Assembly: GCA_017559525.1 (NCBI GenBank)
Contig: JAFYRI010000007.1
Span: 73,132 to 137,131 of the forward strand
DNA length: 64,000 bases
Source of the DNA: Alphaproteobacteria bacterium
GTDB lineage: Bacteria > Pseudomonadota > Alphaproteobacteria > CAAHEQ01 > UBA3637
Reading direction: 5' to 3'
Under the pieces are notes generated by a model. It did not search any database, was not told where the DNA came from, and saw only the letters and a list, made by a program, of their open reading frames with translations. Positions 1-9,553 of this stretch are shown one piece after another; the stretch's first letter is position 1, and every line of letters begins with the position of its first letter. A program made the translations under genes and the position numbers.

Positions 1-2
1 TT

Positions 3-1781
3 TTATTTTCCTTTGAACTGTGCTGTATAAAGGGCGTGATATGCCCCATTCTTAGACATTAATTCGTCATGTGAACCAGTTTCAACGATTTCACCTTCAT
101 TAATAACAACAATCTTATCCACATTTTGAATTGTGCTAAGGCGATGAGCGATTACAAAAACAGTTCTGGATTCCATTAAATTATCAATGGCTTGTTGAAC
201 AACTGCTTCTGATTTATTATCTAATGCAGAGGTTGCCTCATCCAAAATTAAAATAGGGGCATTCTTTAAAAAAGCTCTTGCGATAGCGATACGTTGTTTT
301 TGACCGCCAGATAATAAAGTTCCTCGTTCTCCAATATTTGTATCTAATCCGTCTTCTAATTCAGCAATAAAGTCTTCTAAGCAGGCTGATTTTATGGCTG
401 TTTTTATTTCATCTTCAGTCGCATCAAATTTTCCAAGCATTAAGTTGTCTCGAATTGTACCAGAGAAAAGGAAGTTGTCTTGAAAAACAACACCAATATG
501 CTGACGTAATGATTGCAAAGATAAATCCCGAATATCATGGCCATCTATTTTAATATGTCCCGATCCAACTTCATAAAAACGAGGAATAAGACTGATGATT
601 GTTGATTTTCCACCTCCGGAATTTCCAACAAAAGCAATCTTTTGGCCCTTTTTTACTGTTAAGTTGATATTTTTTAAAACGGGAGTATCTTCTTTATAAG
701 CAAAGTTAACGTTTTCGAAAACGATATCTTTTTTTAATGCTTCTAAGGTAATTGGATTTTTTTTGTCTTTTATTGTTAATGGCATATCTAGAATTTCAAA
801 AACACGATCAATTGCCATGAAGGATAATTGAACTTGATTGAAGTTTTTACCAATATTTTTAATTGGCGTATACAACATAAGCATAGCAACCATAAAGGAC
901 ACAAAATCACCAGTTGTAATAATTTTATTTGTAATTAAATAACTGCCATACCAAATAGCAGCAGCCATTCCAATAGAAATAATAATGTGCATCATTGGCG
1001 ATAACCAAGCGGTTCGCTGTGTATTTTTGATGCTCAGTTTGAATCCCTGTGTTAGTAAATTAAAGAATTTCTTTTTTTGATATTCTTGTAAATTATAAGA
1101 AGCAATTGTTTTTGCGCCTGCATAGGTTTCGGTATAAGTTGTTAAAGATGAACCGCCAATTTCAACGGATTTTTTTACGATATCTTTAATTTTTTTCCGA
1201 ATCTTTGTCAGAGGATATAAAGCAAAACCCAAAACAAGGATGGCAATGATGGCAAGTTGCCAAGATGTATAAAGTAAAACACCAACTAAAGCAATAGATG
1301 AAAATAAACGTGTTGTAAAAACCTTAACATTTGACAGTAATCCCGAACATGCTGTTGCAGCATCTCCTGAAAAACGTGTTAGAACCATACCAGAAGTTGT
1401 CATATCCAAATAGCTTTGATCGATAATTAATAACTTACGATATAATTTTTTTTGTAATTCTTGAGTGATTTTGCCCCCTGTCCAAGCATTTAAGTATGCA
1501 GATGTATATTCTAAAATAGCTTGAATAATTGTGAAGAATACAACAAATATAGGAATAATGTATAATGGTAAATTAAAGGGGGTCGCTCCACCTTGTTCCA
1601 TGATAACAGTATCCATAAATGGTTTTAGAGCTAATGCGATAACAGCATCTAATGAACCAATGGGAATCGTAATCAATGTTGCCAATAGAGCACGAAACCA
1701 AAAAGGTTTGATAAATGGCCACATACGTTTATAGTTTTTCACAAATTGAGATTTAGGGAGTTTAGATGTGTTTTTAGACAT
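3..1781 (-). CDS. ABC transporter, fused permease/ATPase (MsbA-like lipid/multidrug exporter)
   Basis: 592-aa ORF with hydrophobic N-terminal half; Walker A GNSGGGKST, ABC signature LSGGQKQRIAIARA, Walker B ILILDEATSALD; TAA stop at 3-5, so complete. Confidence 0.9.
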   Translation of the reverse strand: MSKNTSKLPKSQFVKNYKRMWPFIKPFWFRALLATLITIPIGSLDAVIALALKPFMDTVIMEQGGATPFNLPLYIIPIFVVFFTIIQAILEYTSAYLNAWTGGKITQELQKKLYRKLLIIDQSYLDMTTSGMVLTRFSGDAATACSGLLSNVKVFTTRLFSSIALVGVLLYTSWQLAIIAILVLGFALYPLTKIRKKIKDIVKKSVEIGGSSLTTYTETYAGAKTIASYNLQEYQKKKFFNLLTQGFKLSIKNTQRTAWLSPMMHIIISIGMAAAIWYGSYLITNKIITTGDFVSFMVAMLMLYTPIKNIGKNFNQVQLSFMAIDRVFEILDMPLTIKDKKNPITLEALKKDIVFENVNFAYKEDTPVLKNINLTVKKGQKIAFVGNSGGGKSTIISLIPRFYEVGSGHIKIDGHDIRDLSLQSLRQHIGVVFQDNFLFSGTIRDNLMLGKFDATEDEIKTAIKSACLEDFIAELEDGLDTNIGERGTLLSGGQKQRIAIARAFLKNAPILILDEATSALDNKSEAVVQQAIDNLMESRTVFVIAHRLSTIQNVDKIVVINEGEIVETGSHDELMSKNGAYHALYTAQFKGK

Positions 1782-1850
1782 AAGTATCCTTTTGTTGAAT
1801 TATAAATGTAACAATAACAAAATTTATTTAAAAATGCAAGCTTATTACGT

Positions 1851-2519
1851 TTAGTTATTACAACACTTTTGAATAAAAGAGATTATTTCATTTAAACATG
1901 GTGTATCAATGCCATGACCCAACCCTTCTGATAGGAATATTTTAGGTTTTATTCCCACTTTTGAAAGTTGATGTGCAGATAGATTTACACCGTTGGAGGG
2001 TACAACCTCATCTGAGGTGCCATGAGTTAGTAAAATAGAAGGTTGTTTTGTAATGTTGCTGGCGTTTAAATTTTTTTCAAAAATAATGGGTATTGCAGAA
2101 CATCCAATAAGTCCACTTAATGTATTTTGTGTTGTTAATCCAGTGTATAAGGCTAATAACCCTCCTTGTGAAAATCCCATTAAAATAATATTTTTGTCTT
2201 CTAAATTAAAGTTCTTTTTGATATGTTCAATATAGGATATTAGTAATTTTGATGGTTCTTCACATCGTTGAACAAGTATGTCTAAATAATCATTGGAAAC
2301 GAACTCTGGAGCCATATTATAATCAGATAGAGAAAACCATTCAAAGCCATTGTACATCATGGGTGTTGGACCATTTGGACAAAAAAAACCAGTTTGAGGT
2401 AGGGATTGTTTTAAATATGGGACTAATCCCATTAAATCATCACCATTGGAACCATAGCCATGACATAAAATAACTGCATTTTGTATTTTACTTGGAACAA
2501 AAGAGGGACCATTTAACAT
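1851..2519 (-). CDS. phospholipase/carboxylesterase-family alpha/beta hydrolase
   Basis: ORF 1851..2615 trimmed to the ATG at 2519 (MLNGPS...), which has AGGAG 7 nt upstream; HGYGSNGDD, nucleophile elbow GFSQGG, HGTSDEVVP. Confidence 0.8.
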   Translation of the reverse strand: MLNGPSFVPSKIQNAVILCHGYGSNGDDLMGLVPYLKQSLPQTGFFCPNGPTPMMYNGFEWFSLSDYNMAPEFVSNDYLDILVQRCEEPSKLLISYIEHIKKNFNLEDKNIILMGFSQGGLLALYTGLTTQNTLSGLIGCSAIPIIFEKNLNASNITKQPSILLTHGTSDEVVPSNGVNLSAHQLSKVGIKPKIFLSEGLGHGIDTPCLNEIISFIQKCCNN

Positions 2520-2592
2520 AAAATTCTCCTTGAAAAAAACTAAAAAGAGTGTATAACTATATACTATATACTTAGTAGAAGGAAAAAATGCA

Positions 2593-3054
2593 ATGCAAAA
2601 AATAATCTGTTTCACACTTGGTGTTTTATTTTTAAGTTCTTCTGTTTTTGCAGATAGTCGTACCCTAAAAGGTATTAATGAAAATGAACAATTGGGAATG
2701 ATGGCCGGTTTGGCTTTAGCATGTAATGCTGGCGGAAAATTAGATGATTATGAATTGATTGCTAGTCGCATTATTGCAAATACATCTCAGACAAATTTGG
2801 AACAAAAAAAAGCAGAACGTCAATATGCTGAAGCTAAGTTTAAAGCATATAAAGAGCATAAAGCTTCTCCGAAGGCAGGATGTGGTGAAATTTTAGAGTC
2901 TTTTTCTAATTTACCAATTTTTCGTTCGGTTGTATATGCAGATGGTTCTGTAAAAACGCCAGATGGTAAAATGTTGAAAACAAGACCAGAAGAAAAACAA
3001 GCGCGTCAGCAGGTTAAATCTAAAACACCCAAAAAACAAACTAAGAAAAAGTAA
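2593..3054 (+). CDS. hypothetical secreted protein, Lys-rich C-terminus
   Basis: 153-aa ORF with Sec-type signal MQKIICFTLGVLFLSSSVFA; no recognisable domain. Confidence 0.55.
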   Translation: MQKIICFTLGVLFLSSSVFADSRTLKGINENEQLGMMAGLALACNAGGKLDDYELIASRIIANTSQTNLEQKKAERQYAEAKFKAYKEHKASPKAGCGEILESFSNLPIFRSVVYADGSVKTPDGKMLKTRPEEKQARQQVKSKTPKKQTKKK

Positions 3055-3060
3055 TCTCTT

Positions 3061-5139
3061 ATGCGTCCCGATATCTTAAATTTTTTGTTTTGTCATACAG
3101 AGGCATTAAATGGTGTCGGACCAAAATTAGGTAAAAGATTACAAGCGTTGTGTGGTCCATATATTGTGGATTTATTACAACATTTACCAAGTGGAGTTAA
3201 TCATCGGCCAATTATTAAAGATTTAAATACAATAGTGTCAGGACAATTGGGAACTCTGTGTGTTGAAATAGATGAACATATTTTGCCATCATCTCGGCGT
3301 AGTCCATATCGTATATTGGGTCATATTGGAACACAAGATATTGAACTTGTTTATTTTAATTATCATAAAGATTATTTAAAATCCTCTTTACCAGTTGGAC
3401 AAGTCCGTTGGGTATCTGGTCGATTAGATAAACAATATGGTAAAATCAAAATACTGCACCCAGATTATGTTGGTATTTCTATTCAATCTATTCCAGAATA
3501 TGAAACAATTTATCCACTAACAGCTGGTTTGACTTCAAAAACAGTATCAAAAGCTATAGATACAGCATTAAGACCTTTACCTGATTTACCAGAATGGTTG
3601 GATGAAGCTTACCTAAAAAAACAAGGATGGCTATCTTGGAAAAATGCTATGATAAAGGTGCATCATCCAAAGGTATCTGATGATGTTTTGCCAATAGCTT
3701 TTGTTCGAAGCAGATTGGCTTATGATGAATTACTGGCAAATCAGTTGGCTTTATTGCTTGTGCGTTCTAAAATGAAGAAAAAACGAGGATTTGCTATTCA
3801 AGGAAATGGTTCTCTTCGACAAAAGTTAACGGGTATTTTACCTTTTGAATTGACTGGCGCTCAAAAACGAGTTGTTGATGAAATTATTTTAGATGCTCAA
3901 AGCGATTATAAAATGTTGCGTTTGGTTCAGGGCGATGTAGGGGCTGGGAAAACAATAGTGGCTTTGATGGTTATGTTGAATGCTGTAGAGGCGGGCTATC
4001 AAGCTGTTTTTATGGCGCCGACAGATATTTTAGCGCGTCAACATTATGCTTCGTTATCAAAATATTGCGCCACATTGGGTGTTCGTGTGGAAATTTTAAG
4101 TGGTCGTGAAAAGGGTAAAAAGCGTACTGAAATACTAAATGATTTACAAAATGGCAAGATTCATGTTTTAGTGGGAACCCATGCTGTTTTTACCGATGAT
4201 GTTAATTATCAAAAATTGGGGCTAGTGGTAATAGATGAACAACATAAATTTGGGGTAGGACAACGTTTAGCTTTAACGCAAAAAAGACCTGGCGTTGATT
4301 TGCTTGTGATGACGGCAACACCTATTCCAAGAACGTTAGCCTTAACTAATTACGGTGATATGGATATGTCCAAATTGGATGAAAAACCAGCAGGGCGTAA
4401 GCCAATTGAAACAAAGGTTTTATCTGCAAAAAAAATGGATGAATTGATTCGAAAAATTTATCAGTTAACAGCAGTTGAAAAACGGCAAGTTTATTGGGTT
4501 TGTCCATTGGTAGAAGAATCTGAAAAAACTGACTTGACAGCGGCCATAGAACGTTATGATATTTTGTGCCAAACATTTGGGGATAAAGTCGGTCTCGTTC
4601 ATGGTAAGATGAAGGCAATTGAAAAAGATGATGTTATGATGCGTTTTGCTTCAGGTGAGTTATCTGTTTTAGTTTCTACAACCGTGATTGAAGTTGGTGT
4701 AGATGTACCAAATGCAACAGTTATGGTGATTGAGCACGCCGAACGTTTTGGTTTGTCGCAATTGCATCAGTTAAGAGGTCGTATTGGTCGAGGTAGCGCC
4801 GATTCTGTTTGTTTGTTGGTGTATGGTCAAAATCTTAGTGAAACAGCACGTAAAAGGCTACAAGTTATGCGTGATTCTTCAGATGGTTTTATAATTGCTG
4901 AGGAGGATTTAAAGTTGCGTGGAGCAGGGGAAGTTTTGGGTACGCGTCAAAGTGGATTTATGACTTTTCAAATGGCTGATTTATCAGAACACAGTGATTT
5001 GTTGTGGACCGCAACAAAAGATGCAAAAATGATTTTGAATGCCGATCCGGATTTAAATACTGAACGTGGTCGTGCATTGAAAATACTGCTTTATTTATTT
5101 AAAAAAGATATGGAAATTAATACGTTAAAATCAGGGTGA
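3061..5139 (+). CDS. recG: ATP-dependent DNA helicase RecG
   Basis: 692 aa; wedge-domain N-terminus, Walker A GDVGAGKT, DEQH box VIDEQHKFGV, motif VI HQLRGRIGRG. Confidence 0.95.
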   Translation: MRPDILNFLFCHTEALNGVGPKLGKRLQALCGPYIVDLLQHLPSGVNHRPIIKDLNTIVSGQLGTLCVEIDEHILPSSRRSPYRILGHIGTQDIELVYFNYHKDYLKSSLPVGQVRWVSGRLDKQYGKIKILHPDYVGISIQSIPEYETIYPLTAGLTSKTVSKAIDTALRPLPDLPEWLDEAYLKKQGWLSWKNAMIKVHHPKVSDDVLPIAFVRSRLAYDELLANQLALLLVRSKMKKKRGFAIQGNGSLRQKLTGILPFELTGAQKRVVDEIILDAQSDYKMLRLVQGDVGAGKTIVALMVMLNAVEAGYQAVFMAPTDILARQHYASLSKYCATLGVRVEILSGREKGKKRTEILNDLQNGKIHVLVGTHAVFTDDVNYQKLGLVVIDEQHKFGVGQRLALTQKRPGVDLLVMTATPIPRTLALTNYGDMDMSKLDEKPAGRKPIETKVLSAKKMDELIRKIYQLTAVEKRQVYWVCPLVEESEKTDLTAAIERYDILCQTFGDKVGLVHGKMKAIEKDDVMMRFASGELSVLVSTTVIEVGVDVPNATVMVIEHAERFGLSQLHQLRGRIGRGSADSVCLLVYGQNLSETARKRLQVMRDSSDGFIIAEEDLKLRGAGEVLGTRQSGFMTFQMADLSEHSDLLWTATKDAKMILNADPDLNTERGRALKILLYLFKKDMEINTLKSG

Positions 5140-5143
5140 TATT

Positions 5144-5602
5144 ATGGCAATTACATTTACAGTACAATCTCCGGAAACAACAAAAGCTTTACGTAAAGAA
5201 TTTGACAGACGTGATATGAACCATAAGTTTGTTAAATGGTTATATCGTAAAGGATATTTGGAACCATTTGCGGATAAAATTAATTTAGAACGAGCTAAAC
5301 GTGGTAAAATTCCAAAAGGATTTGATGTGCACCATATTATACCATTGTCCGGTGGCGGAACAAATCACGTTTCTAATTTTTGTTTGATTGAACAATCATT
5401 GCATAAGTTTATCAATAAAAAGTGCTTTGAACCAGCATTAAGGGGCATTAAAATTGGAGAAACTGTAACGGTAGAGGTACCAGATTTTGATCGCGTGGCG
5501 ACCAGACAAATGTATAATGGTTTTATTGATCAAAAACTGAAGCATGCTAAAGATCGTCAAAAGTTTTACCAATACTTACGTCGTTGGGCAAAGGAACAAT
5601 AG
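5144..5602 (+). CDS. HNH-motif nuclease-like protein
   Basis: 152 aa; starts 4 nt after the recG stop; FDVHHIIPLSGGGTNHVSNFCLIEQSLHKF fits the H-N-H spacing. Confidence 0.6.
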   Translation: MAITFTVQSPETTKALRKEFDRRDMNHKFVKWLYRKGYLEPFADKINLERAKRGKIPKGFDVHHIIPLSGGGTNHVSNFCLIEQSLHKFINKKCFEPALRGIKIGETVTVEVPDFDRVATRQMYNGFIDQKLKHAKDRQKFYQYLRRWAKEQ

Positions 5603-5699
5603 GGAAATTATTTTTGCCCTTGAAGTTTTCATAAAAATTGTGTGTCAAGATAGTATGTGTATACTGAATGATATTTATTTATTATTTATGAAAAATATA

Positions 5700-5783
5700 A
5701 TTTCAAATAAGTTATTGAAATTATATGCGCACATTGATTTGTGTCGAGCCAATTTGGGGGTTAATTAATTTTATGCACTTAAG
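5700..5783 (+). repeat. conserved upstream element shared with 18367-18448 (pilin-like gene leader)
   Basis: atttcaaataagtNattgaaatt...cgcac...aattt(t)ggggttNattaattttatgcaNttaa aligns by eye with most positions identical. Confidence 0.7.
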
Positions 5784-5825
5784 TAGATGTTCTGTCTAGC
5801 TGCTTTTTGTAAACAGGAGTAAACA

Positions 5826-5954
5826 ATGAAACAAAATAAAATACTGCAATCTGGCCGCTCTATGACAGAGATGTTGGGTGTATTAGCCATTATCGGTGTA
5901 CTATCTATCGGAGAACGAAATCACTTTGGGGAACATACTGCAGTATGTAAATAA
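5826..5954 (+). pseudogene. truncated prepilin-type N-terminal fragment (stub paralogue of 18465..19538)
   Basis: 42 codons, MKQNKILQSGRSMTEMLGVLAIIGVLSIG then unrelated ERNHFGEHTAVCK*; nucleotide similarity to 18465-18552 ends near 5911. Confidence 0.75.
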
Positions 5955-6075
5955 TTAACTTTCTAAAATAAAAAGCGGTATCCTTTGTAGATGCCGTTTT
6001 TTTGTACATAAAACATCGTTTGAAACGATGGGAGCTATAAAGATGTTTTCTGTAAGATAAAGGAGGCAAAAATAT

Positions 6076-6101
6076 AAAAAAAAGACCCCGAATGGGATCT
6101 T
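6076..6101 (-). terminator. rho-independent terminator downstream of tRNA-Asn
   Basis: minus-strand hairpin agatccc-attc-ggggtct followed by a T-run. Confidence 0.55.
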
Positions 6102-6107
6102 TTTTTA

Positions 6108-6182
6108 TGGCTCCAGCGGTAGGGCTCGAACCTACGACCGATCGGTTAACAGCCGATTGCTCTACCACTGAGCTACGCTGGA
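6108..6182 (-). tRNA. tRNA-Asn (GTT)
   Basis: reverse complement folds as a cloverleaf: acceptor TCCAGCG/CGCTGGA, anticodon loop CTGTTAA, TTCGAGC T-loop, encoded CCA. Confidence 0.93.
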
Positions 6183-6190
6183 CCATGTTT

Positions 6191-6265
6191 TGGAGGCCGA
6201 TGCCGGAATCGAACCAGCATAAAAGGATTTGCAGTCCTCTGCATAAGCCATTCTGCCAATCGGCC
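6191..6265 (-). tRNA. tRNA-Cys (GCA)
   Basis: acceptor GGCCGAT/ATCGGCC, anticodon loop CTGCAAA, T-arm GCTGG-TTCGATT-CCGGC, encoded CCA. Confidence 0.9.
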
Positions 6266-6386
6266 CTCAGGTGAATATCCTTTTACAGCCTTTTTTTTTA
6301 TTAGTCAAGAAAAAAAATAAAAATTGCTTGAAAAAAATTAAAAATTATAATAACCTTAACCTATAACAAGCAATGAAAGGGTGAAA

Positions 6387-7742
6387 ATGTTTAAAAAAAT
6401 CACATATTTAACAATTCTTTTGTGCGGTGTTTCAAATGTGGCGATGGCTGACACTTTAAAGGATGTTTTAGCTTATACTTATGAAAATTCTTTGATGGTA
6501 ACTGCTGAAAGAGCCGGTTTAAAGGCAAAAGACGAAACAGTTGTTCAAGCAAAATCAGGTTATCGTCCTACCATTCAAGCAGATGCCAGCATTGGTAAAT
6601 CTCATAATGAATATACATATGATAACGTGCTAGGGGAAACAGATTATGATCAAACTCCAAAGGATGTATCTATTTCTTTTGTTCAGCCGATTTTTTCTGG
6701 TTTAACAACTTATAATACGGTGCAAGCTACTAAAAACCAAGTGCGTTCTGGTCGTTTTAATTTAAAAAATACAGAACAAGTTACATTATTAGAGGCTACA
6801 GCTGTTTACATGGATGTGATTCGTGATAAAGCTGTATTGGATTTACAAATTAGTAATGAAAAGGTTCTTAAAAAACATTTGGAATCCTACCGAAAACGCT
6901 TTAAAGCTGGTGAACTTACTCGTACGGATGTGGCTCAATCGGAGGCTCGTGTTTCTGGGGCTGTTGCGAATCGGATCGCTGCCGAAGGTCAGTTAGAAGT
7001 TTCTAAGGCAAATTTCTTTAGTGTTGTTGGTATTGAACCTAAGGATTTACAAGATGTTGATGATTTAAGTGTTTCTTTGCCTCAAACGATAGAACAAGCG
7101 ATTGATTTGGCGTTAAAGCATAATCCAAAAATTCGAACAGCGCATTATGCTGAACAAGCTGCGCTTGATTTGGTAAGTGCAAAAAAAGGGAAACTTTCTC
7201 CTTCAGTTGATGTACGCGGGGCTGCGGGTAAACAAAAGAATATGACGACGGTTAAAGAGACGGATTATTGGAAAGTAACCGCAAATTTAAATGTACCAAT
7301 TTATCAAGCCGGTGCAGAGTATGCTGTTGTACGTGAAGCAAAACAATTGGCTAATCAGTACCGTATATTGCTTGCAAAAACACGTCAAGATGTACGTTCT
7401 GAAACTACAGCCGCTTGGGAAAGATATCAAGCAACAAAGGCACAAATTCAATCTATCAAGGATCAAATTAAAGCTTCTAAAATTGCATTGGAGGGTGTGA
7501 TTCGTGAAGCAAATGTTGGTTCTCGTACAGTTTTAGATGTTTTAGATGCCGAACAAGAGCATTTAGATAACCAAGTTAACTTAACAAGAGCTCATCGTGA
7601 AGAAATTGTGTCTGCATTTTCGTTGTTATCTGCAATTGGTCAAATGAATCCAGATGGTTTGAAATTGGATGTGCAAACATATGATCCACAAAAATATTAT
7701 GATGAAGTTCAAAGCAAATGGATTGGTTGGGGGATTAATTAA
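6387..7742 (+). CDS. tolC: TolC-family outer-membrane efflux protein
   Basis: ORF from 6381 (GTG); ATG at 6387 preferred. Signal peptide ...SNVAMA, then the typical TolC start DTLKDVLAYTYENS and two-fold repeat architecture. Confidence 0.88.
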   Translation: MFKKITYLTILLCGVSNVAMADTLKDVLAYTYENSLMVTAERAGLKAKDETVVQAKSGYRPTIQADASIGKSHNEYTYDNVLGETDYDQTPKDVSISFVQPIFSGLTTYNTVQATKNQVRSGRFNLKNTEQVTLLEATAVYMDVIRDKAVLDLQISNEKVLKKHLESYRKRFKAGELTRTDVAQSEARVSGAVANRIAAEGQLEVSKANFFSVVGIEPKDLQDVDDLSVSLPQTIEQAIDLALKHNPKIRTAHYAEQAALDLVSAKKGKLSPSVDVRGAAGKQKNMTTVKETDYWKVTANLNVPIYQAGAEYAVVREAKQLANQYRILLAKTRQDVRSETTAAWERYQATKAQIQSIKDQIKASKIALEGVIREANVGSRTVLDVLDAEQEHLDNQVNLTRAHREEIVSAFSLLSAIGQMNPDGLKLDVQTYDPQKYYDEVQSKWIGWGIN

Positions 7743-7744
7743 AA

Positions 7745-8212
7745 ATGGCTATGTATGAACAAGAACCATCTGTTAATGATATTTTAAGCTCTATCCGTCA
7801 AATTTTATCCAATAAAATTGAAGGAACAGATGAAACTTCTGTTGTGTCGGATAGTATGGTTGATAATGTTGAGATTTCTAATGAGCAAGAGAAAGCTTTG
7901 ATGCAGGCGACAGATGTTTTCTTGTTAACACCTACAATGCAGGTTCAAGATGAACAGAAAAAAGAGGAAACTAGAGTTATTCGAGATAATTCTAAAAATT
8001 ATTTTGTTCCTTCTGTAAATTCTTCAATACAACAAGAAGCTTCTAGCATAACAACAGAGCAATACTTGCAAGAACCAGTTCAAAAAGTTGCTTTAGATAT
8101 TCAAGAGCAAGATGTAAAACCGTTGGTGCAGGAGTGGTTGGATAAAAATTTACCGGATTTAGTTGAGCGGATTGTTGCAGAGGAAGTGCGTCGTATTTTT
8201 AATAAACGATAA
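7745..8212 (+). CDS. DUF2497/PopZ-like acidic protein
   Basis: 155 aa; N-terminal ILSSIRQILS and C-terminal VQEWLDKNLPDLVERIVAEEVRRI match the PopZ/DUF2497 pattern, which commonly follows tolC in Alphaproteobacteria. Confidence 0.7.
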   Translation: MAMYEQEPSVNDILSSIRQILSNKIEGTDETSVVSDSMVDNVEISNEQEKALMQATDVFLLTPTMQVQDEQKKEETRVIRDNSKNYFVPSVNSSIQQEASSITTEQYLQEPVQKVALDIQEQDVKPLVQEWLDKNLPDLVERIVAEEVRRIFNKR

Positions 8213-8221
8213 AGTTATTTT

Positions 8222-8974
8222 TTAAGATACCTTAATAACGCGTGCCAAGGTTAATACAAAGACCTTGGTCGCTCCATTTTTAAGTAGTATTTTAGCGCAT
8301 TCATTTATTGTGGCACCCGTTGTGAATACATCATCGATAAGTAAAATGGTTTTGCCTTGAATAGTGGCTTTATTTTTAATGGCAAATGCGCCGGCAACAT
8401 TACGTTTTCTCTCAGTTGCCTTCATATGCCCTTGTGAAACGGTTGCTCGTTGTCTGGTTAATATATGTGGATGATATGGAATATCTGTTTTCTGAGCCAA
8501 AGCCTTTGCTAAAATATCGGCTTGATTATATTTACGTTTGATGTATCTGAAACGATGAAGTGGAACGCAGATAATTAAATCGGTCTCTTTGAATAAATCA
8601 AAGCCTGCTTGATATAATAAATTGGTAAGGAGTGGCGTTAATTCTAAATGATCGGCATGCTTGAATGGTAAAATTAGTTTTGATGAAAACGAATCGTAAA
8701 TAAATGCGCTACGTGCTTTAGTGTAAAGAGGATTTTTCTTACAACAACTGCCACATCTAGTTTCTTCTGGAATATCAAATTCAAAAGGTCTGCCACAAAT
8801 ATCGCAAAATGGTCTAGAAATAAAATGGATTTTACTAAAACATTCAGCGCATAATCCATGAGGAGATAAAATATGCTTTTTGCATATGGGGCATATTGGT
8901 GGAATGATAAAATCTAAAATAGTTCGAAATAGGGTGTTGAAAAATGACATTATATCCTCAAAAAAGTCATACAA
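8222..8974 (-). CDS. comF: ComF-family phosphoribosyltransferase-domain protein
   Basis: N-terminal CPICKK...CAEC / CDICG...CGSC zinc-finger pairs plus PRPP loop ILLIDDVFTTGATI; alternative start at 8950. Confidence 0.85.
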   Translation of the reverse strand: MYDFFEDIMSFFNTLFRTILDFIIPPICPICKKHILSPHGLCAECFSKIHFISRPFCDICGRPFEFDIPEETRCGSCCKKNPLYTKARSAFIYDSFSSKLILPFKHADHLELTPLLTNLLYQAGFDLFKETDLIICVPLHRFRYIKRKYNQADILAKALAQKTDIPYHPHILTRQRATVSQGHMKATERKRNVAGAFAIKNKATIQGKTILLIDDVFTTGATINECAKILLKNGATKVFVLTLARVIKVS

Positions 8975-9083
8975 TTATATGATAAATATCATCAAAAGAC
9001 AAGGAAAGAATGAAAAATACTTAAGTAATCTTGTTATTTTGACTTTTTTGTGCTATATAAGGCGTGTAAAAAAGGGGAACACA

Positions 9084-9542
9084 ATGACACATCTTACACA
9101 AAATACATTCAGATTATTATTTTTATTGGCTTTAACAAATGGTATAGGCTATGTCGGTGGTTCCTTTATGAATCAAGATGCTATGAATTGGTATGATACG
9201 CTTGTTATGTCTTCTTTGACGCCACCGGATTTTGTTTTTTCCATAGTATGGTTTATATTATTTTTAATGATGTCTGTTGCAGCCTTTTTAGTTTGGAATA
9301 AAGTCAGTCCTCGCTGGTTTGTCGCACAACTTAGTATGAACTTGTTATGGACATTTTTATTTTTTGGTATGCGTGAGATCTTTGCTGCTTGCCTTGTCAT
9401 TGTGGCAATGCTTTATTTTTTATACAGATGTATGTGTGATTTTTATGTCAAATCGCATATTGCTGCATATTTAATGGCTCCAACATTTTTATGGAGTCTG
9501 TTTGCTCTTTATTTAAACGGTTTTATTGTTATTTATAATTAG
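9084..9542 (+). CDS. tspO: TspO/MBR tryptophan-rich sensory protein
   Basis: ORF 8880..9542 trimmed to ATG 9084 (GGGGA upstream); five TM segments, NWYDTL...TPPDFVFSIVWFILF motif. Confidence 0.85.
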   Translation: MTHLTQNTFRLLFLLALTNGIGYVGGSFMNQDAMNWYDTLVMSSLTPPDFVFSIVWFILFLMMSVAAFLVWNKVSPRWFVAQLSMNLLWTFLFFGMREIFAACLVIVAMLYFLYRCMCDFYVKSHIAAYLMAPTFLWSLFALYLNGFIVIYN

Positions 9543-9553
9543 AGGAATATATT

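Noticed and set aside
5700-5783. Sigma-54 (-24/-12) promoter in the conserved pilin-gene leader
   Set aside because: The ...cgcacNNNNNtt(t/c)(g/t)(t/g)... segment lacks the invariant GG at -24 and GC at -12.
5905-6274. ORFs 5905..6186(-) and 6092..6274(+); similarly 14111..14350, 27035..27247, 27081..27350 and 37654..37860
   Set aside because: They overlap tRNA genes and terminator hairpins, and their translations simply read through tRNA sequence.
8880-9083. 68-codon N-terminal extension of the TspO ORF
   Set aside because: It overlaps the divergent comF start region, and TspO homology begins at the internal ATG 9084, which has its own SD.
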